A stretch of 54,324 bases of DNA. Source: a virus. Taxonomy: Duplodnaviria; Caudoviricetes. A program made the position numbers and the translations under genes. Within the stretch, counting starts at the first letter, position 1, and each line of letters opens with the position of its first letter. The DNA lies in IMG/VR virus record IMGVR_UViG_3300037486_000437, positions 1 through 54,324 of that record; one strand, given 5' to 3'. The notes under the pieces were generated by a model. It worked only from the letters and a program-made list of their open reading frames with translations. It was not told the DNA's origin and searched no databases. Below, in pieces: positions 30,732 through 40,728 of this stretch.

Positions 30732-31520
30732 GTGACCACCACCCCAACGCCTCCCGTGGCCGCGCCATCTGCCAGACCCGGCTTCCTGCGCCGCCTGCGT
30801 GCCTGGCGCATCCCCATCGGTAAGCGCGCCTTGCCCGGCGTGCTGGCGATCCTCATCGGCAGCCTGCTCTGCTGTTGCTGCTCATTCGCCGGCCTGCTCT
30901 GGATCCCGTTGCCGGCCACCGCCACGCCCACGCCCGTAGGGGCGCAGCACGCTGTGCCCCCTGCGTCGCCAACGCCAGTGCCATCGGCCACGCCGGCGCC
31001 ATCGGCCACGCCGGCGCCGACCGTCACGTTGCCCACGGCGATGCTGCCGCCCACGCCAGCGCCCACGGCCACTGTACGGCCTGTTACAGCCACACCAGCT
31101 CCGACAGCCACACCCACGGCCACGCCAGCGCCCACGGCGACGGTGCAACCTACCAGCACACTGCCGCCCACGGCAACGTTGCCGCCCACGGCCACCGTGC
31201 GGCCCACGGCCACCGCTACGCCCGGCCCCACAGCGCCGCCCGTCGTCAGCTACGTGCCGCTGGCGGGCCGCCTGTTTAACGGCGTCGTGATCTACTTCGG
31301 GCGGGGTGAGCAAAAGGCGCTGGGCTTCACGGCGCTCGGCGGCTCAGCGAAATGCGCCACCATGCCAAGCGGCAAGGGCGTGCTCGTGCGCTATCCCAAC
31401 GGCCGCGAGGAGTGGAAGGACCGTGACGCCCTGATCCTGGCCGATCTCTACTTCATCCGCGCCGACGATCCCAACCGGGATAGCTTCCTATGGTCGGGCA
31501 ATCTGCCGGGGTGTCCCTGA
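30732..31520 (+). CDS. Membrane-anchored Pro/Thr-rich protein (lysogenic conversion/superinfection exclusion candidate)
   Basis: TM with CCCC, ~110-aa PTATP linker, globular C-terminus; between cI and integrase. Confidence 0.7.
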   Translation: MTTTPTPPVAAPSARPGFLRRLRAWRIPIGKRALPGVLAILIGSLLCCCCSFAGLLWIPLPATATPTPVGAQHAVPPASPTPVPSATPAPSATPAPTVTLPTAMLPPTPAPTATVRPVTATPAPTATPTATPAPTATVQPTSTLPPTATLPPTATVRPTATATPGPTAPPVVSYVPLAGRLFNGVVIYFGRGEQKALGFTALGGSAKCATMPSGKGVLVRYPNGREEWKDRDALILADLYFIRADDPNRDSFLWSGNLPGCP

Positions 31521-31563
31521 TTGCGCGCGCAATCAGCGCCGCCACAGCAACGCCCGCTCGACA

Positions 31564-31600
31564 TAAAAAGACAGCCCGCACCATGATCGGTGCAGGCTGT
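31564..31600 (-). terminator. Intrinsic terminator
   Basis: ACAGCCTGCACC-GATCAT-GGTGCGGGCTGT-CTTTTT on the minus strand. Confidence 0.7.
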
Positions 31601-31772
31601 AGGTGAGCCGCCGGGAGTTCCTCCGCCGGATCCGTACTCGGTGAGCGGCATCCGGGCGCCGAAGGCCATCGACTGATGGTCCGGCTGGCTCAGGGCTGCG
31701 TCGGCGCTGACGCCGGTTTGTGGGTGGGTCCATGCGCACTCCTTTCGTCTGGGCTACTCTGGACTAGCCCCT

Positions 31773-31801
31773 ATACTACTGCAAACGCACCGTTACGTCA
31801 A
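31773..31801 (-). promoter_or_regulatory. Promoter of a ~200-nt transcript
   Basis: TTGACG-17 nt-TAGTAT. Confidence 0.6.
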
Positions 31802-31908
31802 GTGATACGTGTTCACACTATAGACATTATGTCGTTATGGGGTCTTGACTCGACATAAGGGAGCGGGCCGGCTGGGTACTGGCCCGCGCAGGGGAGAGAA
31901 CAACACAC

Positions 31909-33510
31909 ATGCCACGCCGCAAACGCTCGGCCGCGGCCGCGGCGCGCCGGCCACTCAGCGCCGGCGCCGCCATCTACGTCTACGCGCGCGACTCCGGCGG
32001 CGCCCGCCAGGAAGCGAGCGTCGGCGATCAGCTCGCCGATCTGCGCGCCCATGCCGCCGCGCAAGGCTGGGTCATTCTGGCTGAGTTCAACGACGCCGCC
32101 CGCTCCGGCACCGCCACCGCCCACCGTGACGCCTTCCTGGCCATGATCGAACGCTGCCACGAGCACCCGCCGCCCGTACAAGCCGTGCTCGTCTGGCATC
32201 CCGCCCGCTTTGGCCGCGACGAACTCGACCGCCAATACTTTCGCTCCGACCTGCGTCGCCGCGGCATCGAGCTGCTCTCGCTCACCGAAGCCGTGCCCGA
32301 AGGCCCCTTCGCCACCATCATCGAATCGGTGCTCGATCTCAAAGATCGGCTGTTTGTCGATGACATGAGCCGCCAGGTGCGCCGGGGCCTGCGCGCCCTG
32401 GTCGCCGCGGGCTACGCCCCCGGCGGCACGCCGCCTACCGGTTACGTCGCCGAGCGTGTCCAGCGCGGTACGCACCGCGACGGCACCCCGCGCATGGCGG
32501 CGCGCTGGCTGCCGGATCCCGAAGTAGCGCCGCGCGTCAGCGAGGCGTTTCGGCTGCTCGCCGCCGGCCGCACCTATCAGGAGATCGCCGCCATCTGCCG
32601 GCTGCCGCTGCACAGCAAAGCCAGCTATTGGAGCATGTTCCGTAACCGCACCTATCTGGGCATCCTGAAGTTGGGTGAGGAAGAGTTTCCCGACGCGCTG
32701 CCGGCGCTGGTGGACCCCGCCACCTGGGCCGCCTGTCAGGCGCAAATGGGCGACCGCCGCGCGGCCGCCGCCAAAGCGAGGCGCACCGTGAGTGACTACC
32801 TGCTCTCCGGACTGCTCTACTGTAGCCAGTGCGGCAGTCCCCTGATCGGCCAGACCGACCACCGCAACGAGGCCCGAGGCGGCCACGGCTGGCGCAACTA
32901 CCGCTGCAACGGCGTGCTCCCTGATGGCAGCCATTGCCCGGCGCGCCGCGTCGGCGCCGACCGCATTGAGCGCGCCGTGGTCAACCTGGTGCTCGATCAG
33001 GTGCTCACCCCGGCCACGATGCGCGAACTGTTGGCCGAACTGCGCCGCCGCCTGACCGCCGACGATCTCGCTGGCCGGCTGGCGCGCCTGGTCACGGCGC
33101 GCAAACGCCTCGCCACGCAGATCGCCCGGCTGTTGGATAGTCTGGAACAGGGCGGCGGGCCACAGGTGCAGGCCCGGCTCACGCAACGACAAGGGGAATT
33201 GGCGGCGCTGACTGCCGAACATGCCGCGCTGGCGCGCCGGCAACAGATCACGCAACTAGAGATCACCGAGGAAGATCTACAGGCCGTGCTGCTGGCCATT
33301 CGCAGCCAACTGCAGGCGGAGGACATACCGGCGGCACGCGCCGCGCTCGCCTCGTTCGTCGCACGTGTCGTCGTCAATACCGAGCGGGGGGAGGCGGCCG
33401 CCACCAACTTCGAGCTGCAATTCCACCCGCCCGCGGCGGTGTTACAGGTCTACGGGGAGGTGCCCCCAAGGGGCTACCGACTGCTAACCTGTCTCAGCGC
33501 CCCCTACTGA
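31909..33510 (+). CDS. int: Large serine recombinase (integrase)
   Basis: YARDS catalytic Ser, 'DAARSG', 'RFGR', recombinase domain, 'LLSGLLYCSQCG' Zn ribbon, coiled coil. Confidence 0.95.
   Translation: MPRRKRSAAAAARRPLSAGAAIYVYARDSGGARQEASVGDQLADLRAHAAAQGWVILAEFNDAARSGTATAHRDAFLAMIERCHEHPPPVQAVLVWHPARFGRDELDRQYFRSDLRRRGIELLSLTEAVPEGPFATIIESVLDLKDRLFVDDMSRQVRRGLRALVAAGYAPGGTPPTGYVAERVQRGTHRDGTPRMAARWLPDPEVAPRVSEAFRLLAAGRTYQEIAAICRLPLHSKASYWSMFRNRTYLGILKLGEEEFPDALPALVDPATWAACQAQMGDRRAAAAKARRTVSDYLLSGLLYCSQCGSPLIGQTDHRNEARGGHGWRNYRCNGVLPDGSHCPARRVGADRIERAVVNLVLDQVLTPATMRELLAELRRRLTADDLAGRLARLVTARKRLATQIARLLDSLEQGGGPQVQARLTQRQGELAALTAEHAALARRQQITQLEITEEDLQAVLLAIRSQLQAEDIPAARAALASFVARVVVNTERGEAAATNFELQFHPPAAVLQVYGEVPPRGYRLLTCLSAPY
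33441..33488. mobile_element. Putative attP (core GGTGCCCCCAAGGGG, tRNA-Glu-like 3' end)
   Basis: Core 33459-33473 is the reverse complement of a tRNA T-stem plus acceptor end; flanked by imperfect inverted repeats. Confidence 0.55.
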
Positions 33511-33702
33511 CTGCGGCGCCGGTAGATCCTGCGCGTCAGCCCGCCGCCACGCCGCCGCCAGACGCAACTGATCCGGGCAGAAGGTGCAAATCCGGCGGAG
33601 CACCATGCGGCCATCTTCCGCGATCCAAGCCTCGGCCACTTTGCCGCAGCCTGGCGGCGCCTGCTGCGCAAATGCACAGATGCGTAATGTAGTTGACATC
33701 AC
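33484..33702 (-). CDS. Small Cys-containing protein
   Basis: End of the late operon; convergent with int. Confidence 0.35.
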   Translation of the reverse strand: MMSTTLRICAFAQQAPPGCGKVAEAWIAEDGRMVLRRICTFCPDQLRLAAAWRRADAQDLPAPQSVGGAETG

Positions 33703-33720
33703 CCCATCCGTTTGCAGGCG

Positions 33721-33918
33721 CTACGGCTGTTGCTCCGGCGGCCCGTCCCCTGCGGCGCCACGCGCGGGCGGCTGGAGTGGCAGCGCGTCAACCTGCCGCT
33801 CCAGCCCCGCGCTCAGCTCCGCCACGCGCGCATAGATGCGCCGCATGTCACCCACGCTGCGGGCTGCCGGCGCGGTGAATGTACCATCGGCGTAAAGTGT
33901 AAAAAGTGCCTCGCTCAT
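33721..33918 (-). CDS. Hypothetical protein
   Basis: GGAG RBS; ATGA coupling. Confidence 0.5.
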   Translation of the reverse strand: MSEALFTLYADGTFTAPAARSVGDMRRIYARVAELSAGLERQVDALPLQPPARGAAGDGPPEQQP

Positions 33919-34268
33919 GCTGTGCTCCCCAGTGGAATCCCAAACGTGCCCGGCGATGCCGCCTCAATCGCCTGCATCGTCGCGACAATGCCCGCCGCCG
34001 CCTCGCGCAGCGCGGTGATGTAGGGTGCGATAGGTGCCAGCAGCGCGCCGTGGTAGACGAGCAGTTCGGCATCCGCCAGCGGCCCGCCCTCAGCCAGCGC
34101 CAAGTCGAAGGCCGCGTACACTTCCAGCGCCTTGACCAGGTTGGGGTACACCCCGCCGCCCATCACGCTGCGCACGAGGTCACGCTGCCGGATGTACTCG
34201 ACAAACAGGCGTTCGTCTACCTCGTTGCTGATGACAAATCCGCCATCTGGTGCCCTGCTTTTGCTCAT
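33915..34268 (-). CDS. Hypothetical (fibre chaperone-like) protein
   Basis: AGGAG RBS; follows the tail protein. Confidence 0.55.
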   Translation of the reverse strand: MSKSRAPDGGFVISNEVDERLFVEYIRQRDLVRSVMGGGVYPNLVKALEVYAAFDLALAEGGPLADAELLVYHGALLAPIAPYITALREAAAGIVATMQAIEAASPGTFGIPLGSTA

Positions 34269-34276
34269 GGTTGCTC

Positions 34277-37200
34277 CTAACTCTGTTTGACTAGCCCCAG
34301 GTTTTGCAGCGCGCTGATGACGTTGTCCACTGTCGCACCGGCCCCCGTCGCCAGCACTGCGCGCGCCACCGCCGTCACGCCGTAGAAGCCGATGTAGGAC
34401 GTGCTCGCCCCGATTATTACATCGCCGCCGTTGGGATTGAGCTTCAGCGGTCGATAGACTGAGAGGTCGTTTGGCTTCTGCGCCTGAATCCATGCGGGAT
34501 ACGATGTCCCGCCGTCATTGATGATGCCGAAATTGAGTTCGCTGCCAGCCCACGTGCGATCCGTGTAGCCGACGCGCAACATACCATTACGCGTTGTACC
34601 GGACGTAGCTGGCGCATTCAGCGCGCCGCCTGCGTCGAGCGGCAATACTGGCGTGCCATTGACACCGACGCGATTGTTCGTCGTGTCCACGGTGACAATC
34701 GCCGTGCCGCTGGCGTTGCCGAGTTGCAGCGCCGTGGTGCTGTCGGATGCGGGACGGATGGCGCCGCCAGCCATAGTGTAGTTTCCCGATGTATCGAAAG
34801 TATGTTTAGTAACAAGGTTGAATTCAAGGGTTGCCGCGTCCGGCGTAGCTCCAGATGTTGACAGCGATAGTCTTGCCTGGACTCCAGCGTTACCATTTGC
34901 TTGCAACCTGACATAAGCCTTTTTGGCTGATGTTATAGGAACTGATGAGTCTAAAGATACAATTGCATCTGCTGTAGCGTGATATACGCTTACCGAAATC
35001 TCTCTACCCGATGTACTCGTCCATGCCGAAGTTCCCGAAAAGATATTGGTGCCATCCGTAAATCTATAACCAGAAGTGGGCACAAAGCTCGAATCGGCGG
35101 TGAATGTAATCCCATCCGCATCCAGTTTAACATCCCCGCCGCCCGCGTACAGCCGGCCATCCGTGCCGAAGTACACCTGCGCCACGTGCGTGTTGTAGGT
35201 TGCCAGACGCCCGATATCGCCGTCACGCCAGATTTTGAGGCCCGTTTCAGGCCACGTCGCATCACCGTCATGGCCGGTCTGATACGTGCCCTGGTAGATG
35301 CCGCCCGCCGCGCCGATGCTCAGGAAGCCGCTCATGTTCAGCGCGCCGGTGTCCACCACAATCGCCGCCAGGCTCGCCACATAGATTTTGTCGGCGGTGA
35401 CGCTGCCCGGCTCTAGCTCGGACGGAAACGGCTTCCAGGCGCTTGGCGTGTCGGACTGCTCGACCTGCACATGATCGATGTAGAGCGAGCCTTGCACTGC
35501 CGCGCCGCTAGTGATGCTGATAAATAGTCCGCCGATGGCTTCAACGCTGGCACCCCAGGCGACGCGTGCAACGTAACGCTGCCATGCCGCAGTAAGATTC
35601 GGCCGCGCGATCCAGGTTTCCGATGCTGGCGCTGTATTCCAGTAGAGCGCCATGCTCGTTCCAATCGCCGTGCCCACCGCCGCGGCCCACCACGATACGA
35701 CATAGGTCGTATTAGCCAGCCAGTTGCCCTGCACACCGCCGCTAATGACGCTGGTTGTGTATACGCCTTTTACCGTTGTGTTATTGACGGCCCAGGTCAC
35801 GCTCTGATAGTTGCGACCATCGACGCCACCCGCAACGTGCACATCGTAAGCCGTGAACGGTTCCAACGCGACTGAGTTGTTATAGCCCGCCCAACCCGTC
35901 GCCCACCCGGTCGTGCCGCTCTCTACCTGCATGGTGCTATTCAGCAGCAGATTGGCCCCGCCCGCCGTGATGATCAACTTCTCCGCGGCCACCGTGCCTG
36001 GCGACAAATATGTGCCGTCCAAGACGCTGCCCACGCCGGGCGTCAGGGCCCCCGTGATCGTGACCCCCGTCGCCGTCAGCGCACCCGTAGCCGAGACCCG
36101 GAACGGCGCGGCCGCCTTAACGCTGCCGCCGATGTTCAAGGCCCCATCCGTGGCGTCGTTGAGCCACAGTTTGTTGGTGGAGCCGACCACGATGCTACCC
36201 TGCGTTACCGTGATGCCCAAGGCGTCAATGGTCACGCCGCTGGCCTTGATTTTGCCGTCCGAATCCAGATATGCCTGTAGCGCCCCGCTGTTCGTGCCCA
36301 ACCATTTGCCCGTGCGCGTCGCCGGATCGTACAGCCCCACCCAGCCCGTCGCATTGCCGTAATCGCTGGGCGAGGTGAAGTGCGTCGCCGGGTCGATCAA
36401 CTCGATGCGATTGCGCACCCGCACGATGCCCACCTCGCCCTGCACGATCGGCGCGCTCGTGGCGCCGGCCCCGTCACCGCCGACCGCCGCCGATAGGCTA
36501 TCATTCTGCCCGCCGAAATTCACCGTCGCCCGGATGCCGAACTCGCCGGGCGTCAGGCTCATCGTCACCTTGCGCACCGGGTAGTCGCCCACCAGCCCCA
36601 GCGCCGCAAAGCTGACCGAAACTTGCTGCCCCGCCCGGATGCCGAACCGCTCCACCGTAGCTGTGCCCGAGACGCTGCCATAGGCGTACTGCTCCAGCAG
36701 CGCATCCGCCAGGTTCTGCGCATCCGCCAGCGCCGTAATGCTTGAATCAGAGACCTCTTTGTCGAACCACAGATTGCCGTAGGCGGTATAGCTGGCATTG
36801 CTCTGCGCCGTGGCGACCACCGCCGTGTCGCTGCGATAGACCACCACAATTGCCGCTGACCCGGCCGGTGGGCTGGCATCCGGGAAACGGAGCGTGCCGG
36901 CGCTGTAGTTGACCAGCACATCATAGCCGCCGCCGAAGCTGTCATACCAGTCCACGCCGTGGCTCTGCAGCGTGCCGGCGACGGTGATGCGCACGATGTC
37001 CCGGAGCGGCTGCGTGGTCAGCGTGAAGAGCACCGTGCTGCCGTCGCCCGTGAACGTGTCCGTGATCTCCGCCGAGGGCGCCGTGCCGCCGCGCACCGTG
37101 ATGCGATTGTAGATCAGGCTGGCGTCCCGGCTCAGCGCCGGCAACCCCAGCACCGGAAAGTCACTCGACCAGTCGGCGGTCGTCACCAGCGCCAACCCAA

Positions 37201-40200
37201 ACGGCGCTACGTCGGCGCTGGCCGCCCGGAAATACAATTTCTTATCCGCCCGGATCTGCCATTCCCAGTCCGTGCCGGCGTCCTCCGCAGCCAGCGCCTT
37301 CAGGCGCTCCAGCACGCTGGTGAGCTGCTCGCCGTTGGCCGTGAAGGTCGTCAGCGTCGGCCCGGCCGAGACATACGTCGCGGTGTTGAACTCCGTCAGG
37401 CCCGCGGCCGTGAAAGCGTCGGCGATGATGTCCTCGGCCGTGGTGTTGGTCCAGGTGCCCCGGATCAGCGGCGCCCGCCCCAGCCGTGTGCTGTAGCTCT
37501 CGCAGGTCAGCGCCCAGGCGCGATGGTTGCCATTCGCCACCAGCGTCGGCTGCGCCTTGACGACATAGCCGCCGAACTGCGCTACGCCGTCGATCTTGAA
37601 GATCACCACCTGCCACTCCGCCGCCGTGAAGGCGTTGCTCACGTCCTCGATCGTGAAGCGCAGCGTATCCACCTGGCTGCCGGCCACATCCACCCATTGC
37701 AGGCTGCCCCGCTGCAGCAGCGTGATGCGCTCCGTACCGGCGACGGTCAGCGAGAACGTCAACACCTGACTGCTGACAGGCACCGACGGCGAGACCGACG
37801 CCGACGGGCTGCGGCTGCTGGACGGGCTGCGCGAGCTTGACGGTGAGCGCGACGGTGAGCGCGACGGGCTGGTCGATGGTGAAATTGAGCTTGACGGTGA
37901 GCGCGACGGTGAAATCGAGCTTGACGGTGAGCGCGACGGTGAAATCGAGCTTGACGGTGAGCGCGACGGTGAAATCGACGGGCTGGTCGATGGTGAAATT
38001 GAGCTTGACGGCGAGCGCGACGGTGAAGTCGAGCTTGACGGGCTGGTCGAGCTCGACGGTGAGCGCGACGGCGAAATTGAGCTCGACGGTGAAACTGACG
38101 GTGACTCGCTCGCCGACGGGCTGGTCGATGGTGAAATTGAGCTTGACGGTGACTCGCTCGCCGACGGGCTGGTCGATGGTGAGCTTGAGCTTGACGGGCT
38201 AGTCGATGGTGAAACTGAGCTTGACGGTGACTCGCTCGCCGACGGGCTGGTCGACGGTGAAACTGAGCTTGACGGTGACTCGCTCGCCGACGGGCTGGTC
38301 GATGGTGAAATTGAGCTTGACGGGCTGGTCGATGGTGAAACTGAGCTTGACGGTGACTCGCTCGCCGACGGGCTGGTCGATGGTGAAACTGAGCTTGACG
38401 GTGACTCGCTCGCCGACGGGCTGGTCGATGGTGAAACTGAGCTTGACGGTGACTCGCTCGCCGACGGGCTGGTCGATGGTGAAATTGAGCTTGACGGTGA
38501 CTCGCTCGCCGACGGGCTGGTCGATGGTGAAATTGAGCTTGACGGGCTGGTCGATGGTGAAATTGAGCTTGACGGCAATTGCGACGGTGAAACTGAGCTT
38601 GACGGTGACTCGCTCGCCGACGGGCTGGTCGATGGTGAGCTTGAGCTTGACGGTGACTCGCTCGCCGACGGGCTGGTCGATGGTGAAATTGAGCTTGACG
38701 GTGACTCGCTCGCCGACGGGCTGGTCGACGGTGAAACTGAGCTTGAAGGTGAGCGCGACGGTGAAATCGACGGGCTGGTCGACGGTGAAACTGAGCTTGA
38801 AGGTGAGCGGCTCGGTGAAATCGACGGGCTGGTCGACGGTGAAACTGAGCTTGAAGGTGAGCGGCTCGGTGAAATTGACGGGCTGGTCGATGGTGAAATT
38901 GAGCTTGACGGTGACTCGCTCGGTGAAATTGACGGGCTGGTCGATGGTGAAACTGAGCTTGACGGTGACTCGCTCGGTGAAATTGACGGGCTGGTCGATG
39001 GTGAAACTGAGCTTGACGGTGACTCGCTCGGTGAAATTGACGGGCTGGTCGATGGTGAAATTGAGCTTGAAGGTGAGCGCGACGGTGAAATCGACGGGCT
39101 GGTCGACGGTGAAACTGAGCTTGACGGTGACTCGCTCGGTGAAATTGACGGGCTGGTCGATGGTGAAACTGAGCTTGACGGCGACCGGCTCGGTGAAATT
39201 GACGGGCTGGTCGATGGTGAAACTGAGCTTGACGGCGACCGGCTCGGTGAAATTGACGGGCTGGCCGATGGACTGGCCGATGGCGACACACTACTCGATG
39301 GTTCCACCGCCGCGTGCGTGATCGCCAGTAGCGGCCGATAGCCCGCCGTGTCATTGTCTTGCGTGCAGATGTAGATATATTCGGCGCCCGTCGGGGTGGT
39401 GCCAGCTTTGTCGCGAGACGAGCGCAGTCCATAGTATGTGTTGCCGGTTTTACTCGGCCAGGCGGTCGCGAGATTGCCAGAGGTGTATTGCGTATCGGTG
39501 CTGATGCCGCTCGTGCTGCGCCAAATGTTGTCGTCGGCGGCGGCGGATAGGCAGTTGTCGTAAGCCGCCTCCTGGTTGCCTGAGCTAAGCGGGTTCTGCG
39601 CCGACCAATCCTGTTTGACAATCTGGACGTTGAAATCGGTATCGGACACGTCAGTGGCGCAGGTCAGTTTGAGATTGACCTGCGAGATGACATCGGTGTC
39701 TGGAATGGCGCTGGTGCTGAAAACCAGCAGTCCGCGATAGACCCCATAGTATCCGATATAGGTTTGTCCTACGGCTGCGGAGGTGTAGTAGTTATCATAG
39801 GAAAGGCAGTCGCTACGCGCGGTAGAATAGATAAGATCGTGGTTGTATATATACGCATCGGCGCTGCCCGCCGCGTAGTCGGGATCAATCGTCACCGGGT
39901 AGACAGCATCGGCCAGCCAACTGACCGGCACGCCAGTGTAGAGATACTGGATGTTGCCGACCGTGCGCGCATAGCGTTTGCACTCAGCGCGGCTGCCTGG
40001 CCCCACACGGCTATCGTGCGCGCTTGGCGGCGGGAAACGCATCCCGGAGGTCTCAAATTCGTCCAGCCAGCCGTCCGGGAAACTGCTGCCCGTGATCTGC
40101 GTTTCGAGCACCAGCCAGTCAGACAGCTTGACGCCGGGGATGCTGGGCTTCTCGGCAATGACGATTTCCTCTCGCAAACCCTTCTCAGTCAGCGTCAACA

Positions 40201-40597
40201 CGCGCTTCCAAATGCCGTTCTCTGCAATGATCTGGTTGCCGGAAACATGGCCGAGCGGGATCGTGCGATAGCCGACAAAGGTCTTGGTAGCTGGCGTGAG
40301 GATGCCGACGCGCGTCGAGCGGTGGCTATGGTTCTGGCCGACGATGCGCACCGCCCCGTCGAGGCCGATGCGTGTCGCCAGCCCCGGCGCGCCGTACTCG
40401 GTGCCGATGACCTGGAGCGCAGTATCGAGCGGCTGCCACACGCCGTTCGTGTCCTGCCAGTGCGCCGGACTGCCGACGAAATGCGTGATGCGCTCGGTCG
40501 CGCTCAACGCCGCGGTGATGCCGTAGCGATGGCGCGTGAGCACCTTCCCGGCCAGGTCGGGATTGCGTTCGAGAAAGTCAGCCGCCCAATTTGCCAT
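34277..40597 (-). CDS. Giant tail tip/fibre protein with DNRLRE-like domain and ~500-aa Ser/Pro/Thr repeat
   Basis: N-terminal 'PAHWQD..G.W...D' and 'YPVTIDP', SPS repeat, tail-hub-like region, 'GANLLLNS...IDHVQVE...PSAW' CBM-like module, fibre C-terminus. Confidence 0.85.
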   Translation of the reverse strand: MANWAADFLERNPDLAGKVLTRHRYGITAALSATERITHFVGSPAHWQDTNGVWQPLDTALQVIGTEYGAPGLATRIGLDGAVRIVGQNHSHRSTRVGILTPATKTFVGYRTIPLGHVSGNQIIAENGIWKRVLTLTEKGLREEIVIAEKPSIPGVKLSDWLVLETQITGSSFPDGWLDEFETSGMRFPPPSAHDSRVGPGSRAECKRYARTVGNIQYLYTGVPVSWLADAVYPVTIDPDYAAGSADAYIYNHDLIYSTARSDCLSYDNYYTSAAVGQTYIGYYGVYRGLLVFSTSAIPDTDVISQVNLKLTCATDVSDTDFNVQIVKQDWSAQNPLSSGNQEAAYDNCLSAAADDNIWRSTSGISTDTQYTSGNLATAWPSKTGNTYYGLRSSRDKAGTTPTGAEYIYICTQDNDTAGYRPLLAITHAAVEPSSSVSPSASPSASPSISPSRSPSSSVSPSTSPSISPSRSPSSSVSPSTSPSISPSESPSSSVSPSTSPSISPSRSPSSSISPSTSPSISPSESPSSSVSPSTSPSISPSESPSSSVSPSTSPSISPSESPSSSISPSTSPSISPSRSPSSSVSPSTSPSISPSRSPSSSVSPSTSPSISPSRSPSSSVSPSTSPSASESPSSSISPSTSPSASESPSSSSSPSTSPSASESPSSSVSPSQLPSSSISPSTSPSSSISPSTSPSASESPSSSISPSTSPSASESPSSSVSPSTSPSASESPSSSVSPSTSPSASESPSSSVSPSTSPSSSISPSTSPSASESPSSSVSPSTSPSASESPSSSVSPSTSPSSSSSPSTSPSASESPSSSISPSTSPSASESPSVSPSSSISPSRSPSSSTSPSSSTSPSRSPSSSISPSTSPSISPSRSPSSSISPSRSPSSSISPSRSPSSSISPSTSPSRSPSRSPSSSRSPSSSRSPSASVSPSVPVSSQVLTFSLTVAGTERITLLQRGSLQWVDVAGSQVDTLRFTIEDVSNAFTAAEWQVVIFKIDGVAQFGGYVVKAQPTLVANGNHRAWALTCESYSTRLGRAPLIRGTWTNTTAEDIIADAFTAAGLTEFNTATYVSAGPTLTTFTANGEQLTSVLERLKALAAEDAGTDWEWQIRADKKLYFRAASADVAPFGLALVTTADWSSDFPVLGLPALSRDASLIYNRITVRGGTAPSAEITDTFTGDGSTVLFTLTTQPLRDIVRITVAGTLQSHGVDWYDSFGGGYDVLVNYSAGTLRFPDASPPAGSAAIVVVYRSDTAVVATAQSNASYTAYGNLWFDKEVSDSSITALADAQNLADALLEQYAYGSVSGTATVERFGIRAGQQVSVSFAALGLVGDYPVRKVTMSLTPGEFGIRATVNFGGQNDSLSAAVGGDGAGATSAPIVQGEVGIVRVRNRIELIDPATHFTSPSDYGNATGWVGLYDPATRTGKWLGTNSGALQAYLDSDGKIKASGVTIDALGITVTQGSIVVGSTNKLWLNDATDGALNIGGSVKAAAPFRVSATGALTATGVTITGALTPGVGSVLDGTYLSPGTVAAEKLIITAGGANLLLNSTMQVESGTTGWATGWAGYNNSVALEPFTAYDVHVAGGVDGRNYQSVTWAVNNTTVKGVYTTSVISGGVQGNWLANTTYVVSWWAAAVGTAIGTSMALYWNTAPASETWIARPNLTAAWQRYVARVAWGASVEAIGGLFISITSGAAVQGSLYIDHVQVEQSDTPSAWKPFPSELEPGSVTADKIYVASLAAIVVDTGALNMSGFLSIGAAGGIYQGTYQTGHDGDATWPETGLKIWRDGDIGRLATYNTHVAQVYFGTDGRLYAGGGDVKLDADGITFTADSSFVPTSGYRFTDGTNIFSGTSAWTSTSGREISVSVYHATADAIVSLDSSVPITSAKKAYVRLQANGNAGVQARLSLSTSGATPDAATLEFNLVTKHTFDTSGNYTMAGGAIRPASDSTTALQLGNASGTAIVTVDTTNNRVGVNGTPVLPLDAGGALNAPATSGTTRNGMLRVGYTDRTWAGSELNFGIINDGGTSYPAWIQAQKPNDLSVYRPLKLNPNGGDVIIGASTSYIGFYGVTAVARAVLATGAGATVDNVISALQNLGLVKQS
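37781..39301 (-). repeat. Coding tandem repeat encoding (SPSSSVSPSTSPSISPSR/E)n
   Basis: About 1.5 kb of 42-54-nt units built from shorter SPSx/SS blocks. Confidence 0.95.
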
Positions 40598-40728
40598 ACA
40601 TCACCTAACTTCGACTACGCATATACGCGCCTGCGTTGTCCATCCACTGACTGCCGGTGCCCAGTCCGACAGCCAGTGGATGGAGGATAGAGCTACCGTC
40701 AAGCCGCCGTCGCCGTCAAAGTACTGTT

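Noticed and set aside
31827-31858. TTATGTCG-N16-CGACATAA inverted repeat as attP
   Set aside because: Possible regulatory site, but the tRNA-matching core at 33459-33473 is the better attP candidate; not excluded.
33459-33473. tRNA gene
   Set aside because: Only a 15-nt 3'-end match; no full cloverleaf was recognised here or elsewhere in the window.
37781-39301. CRISPR array or DGR template in the long repeat
   Set aside because: No unique spacers; units are multiples of 3 within an ORF; no cas or reverse transcriptase gene.
37759-39621. 620-aa Arg-rich ORF and plus-strand 371-aa ORF over the repeat
   Set aside because: Alternative-frame shadows of the Ser/Pro repeat.
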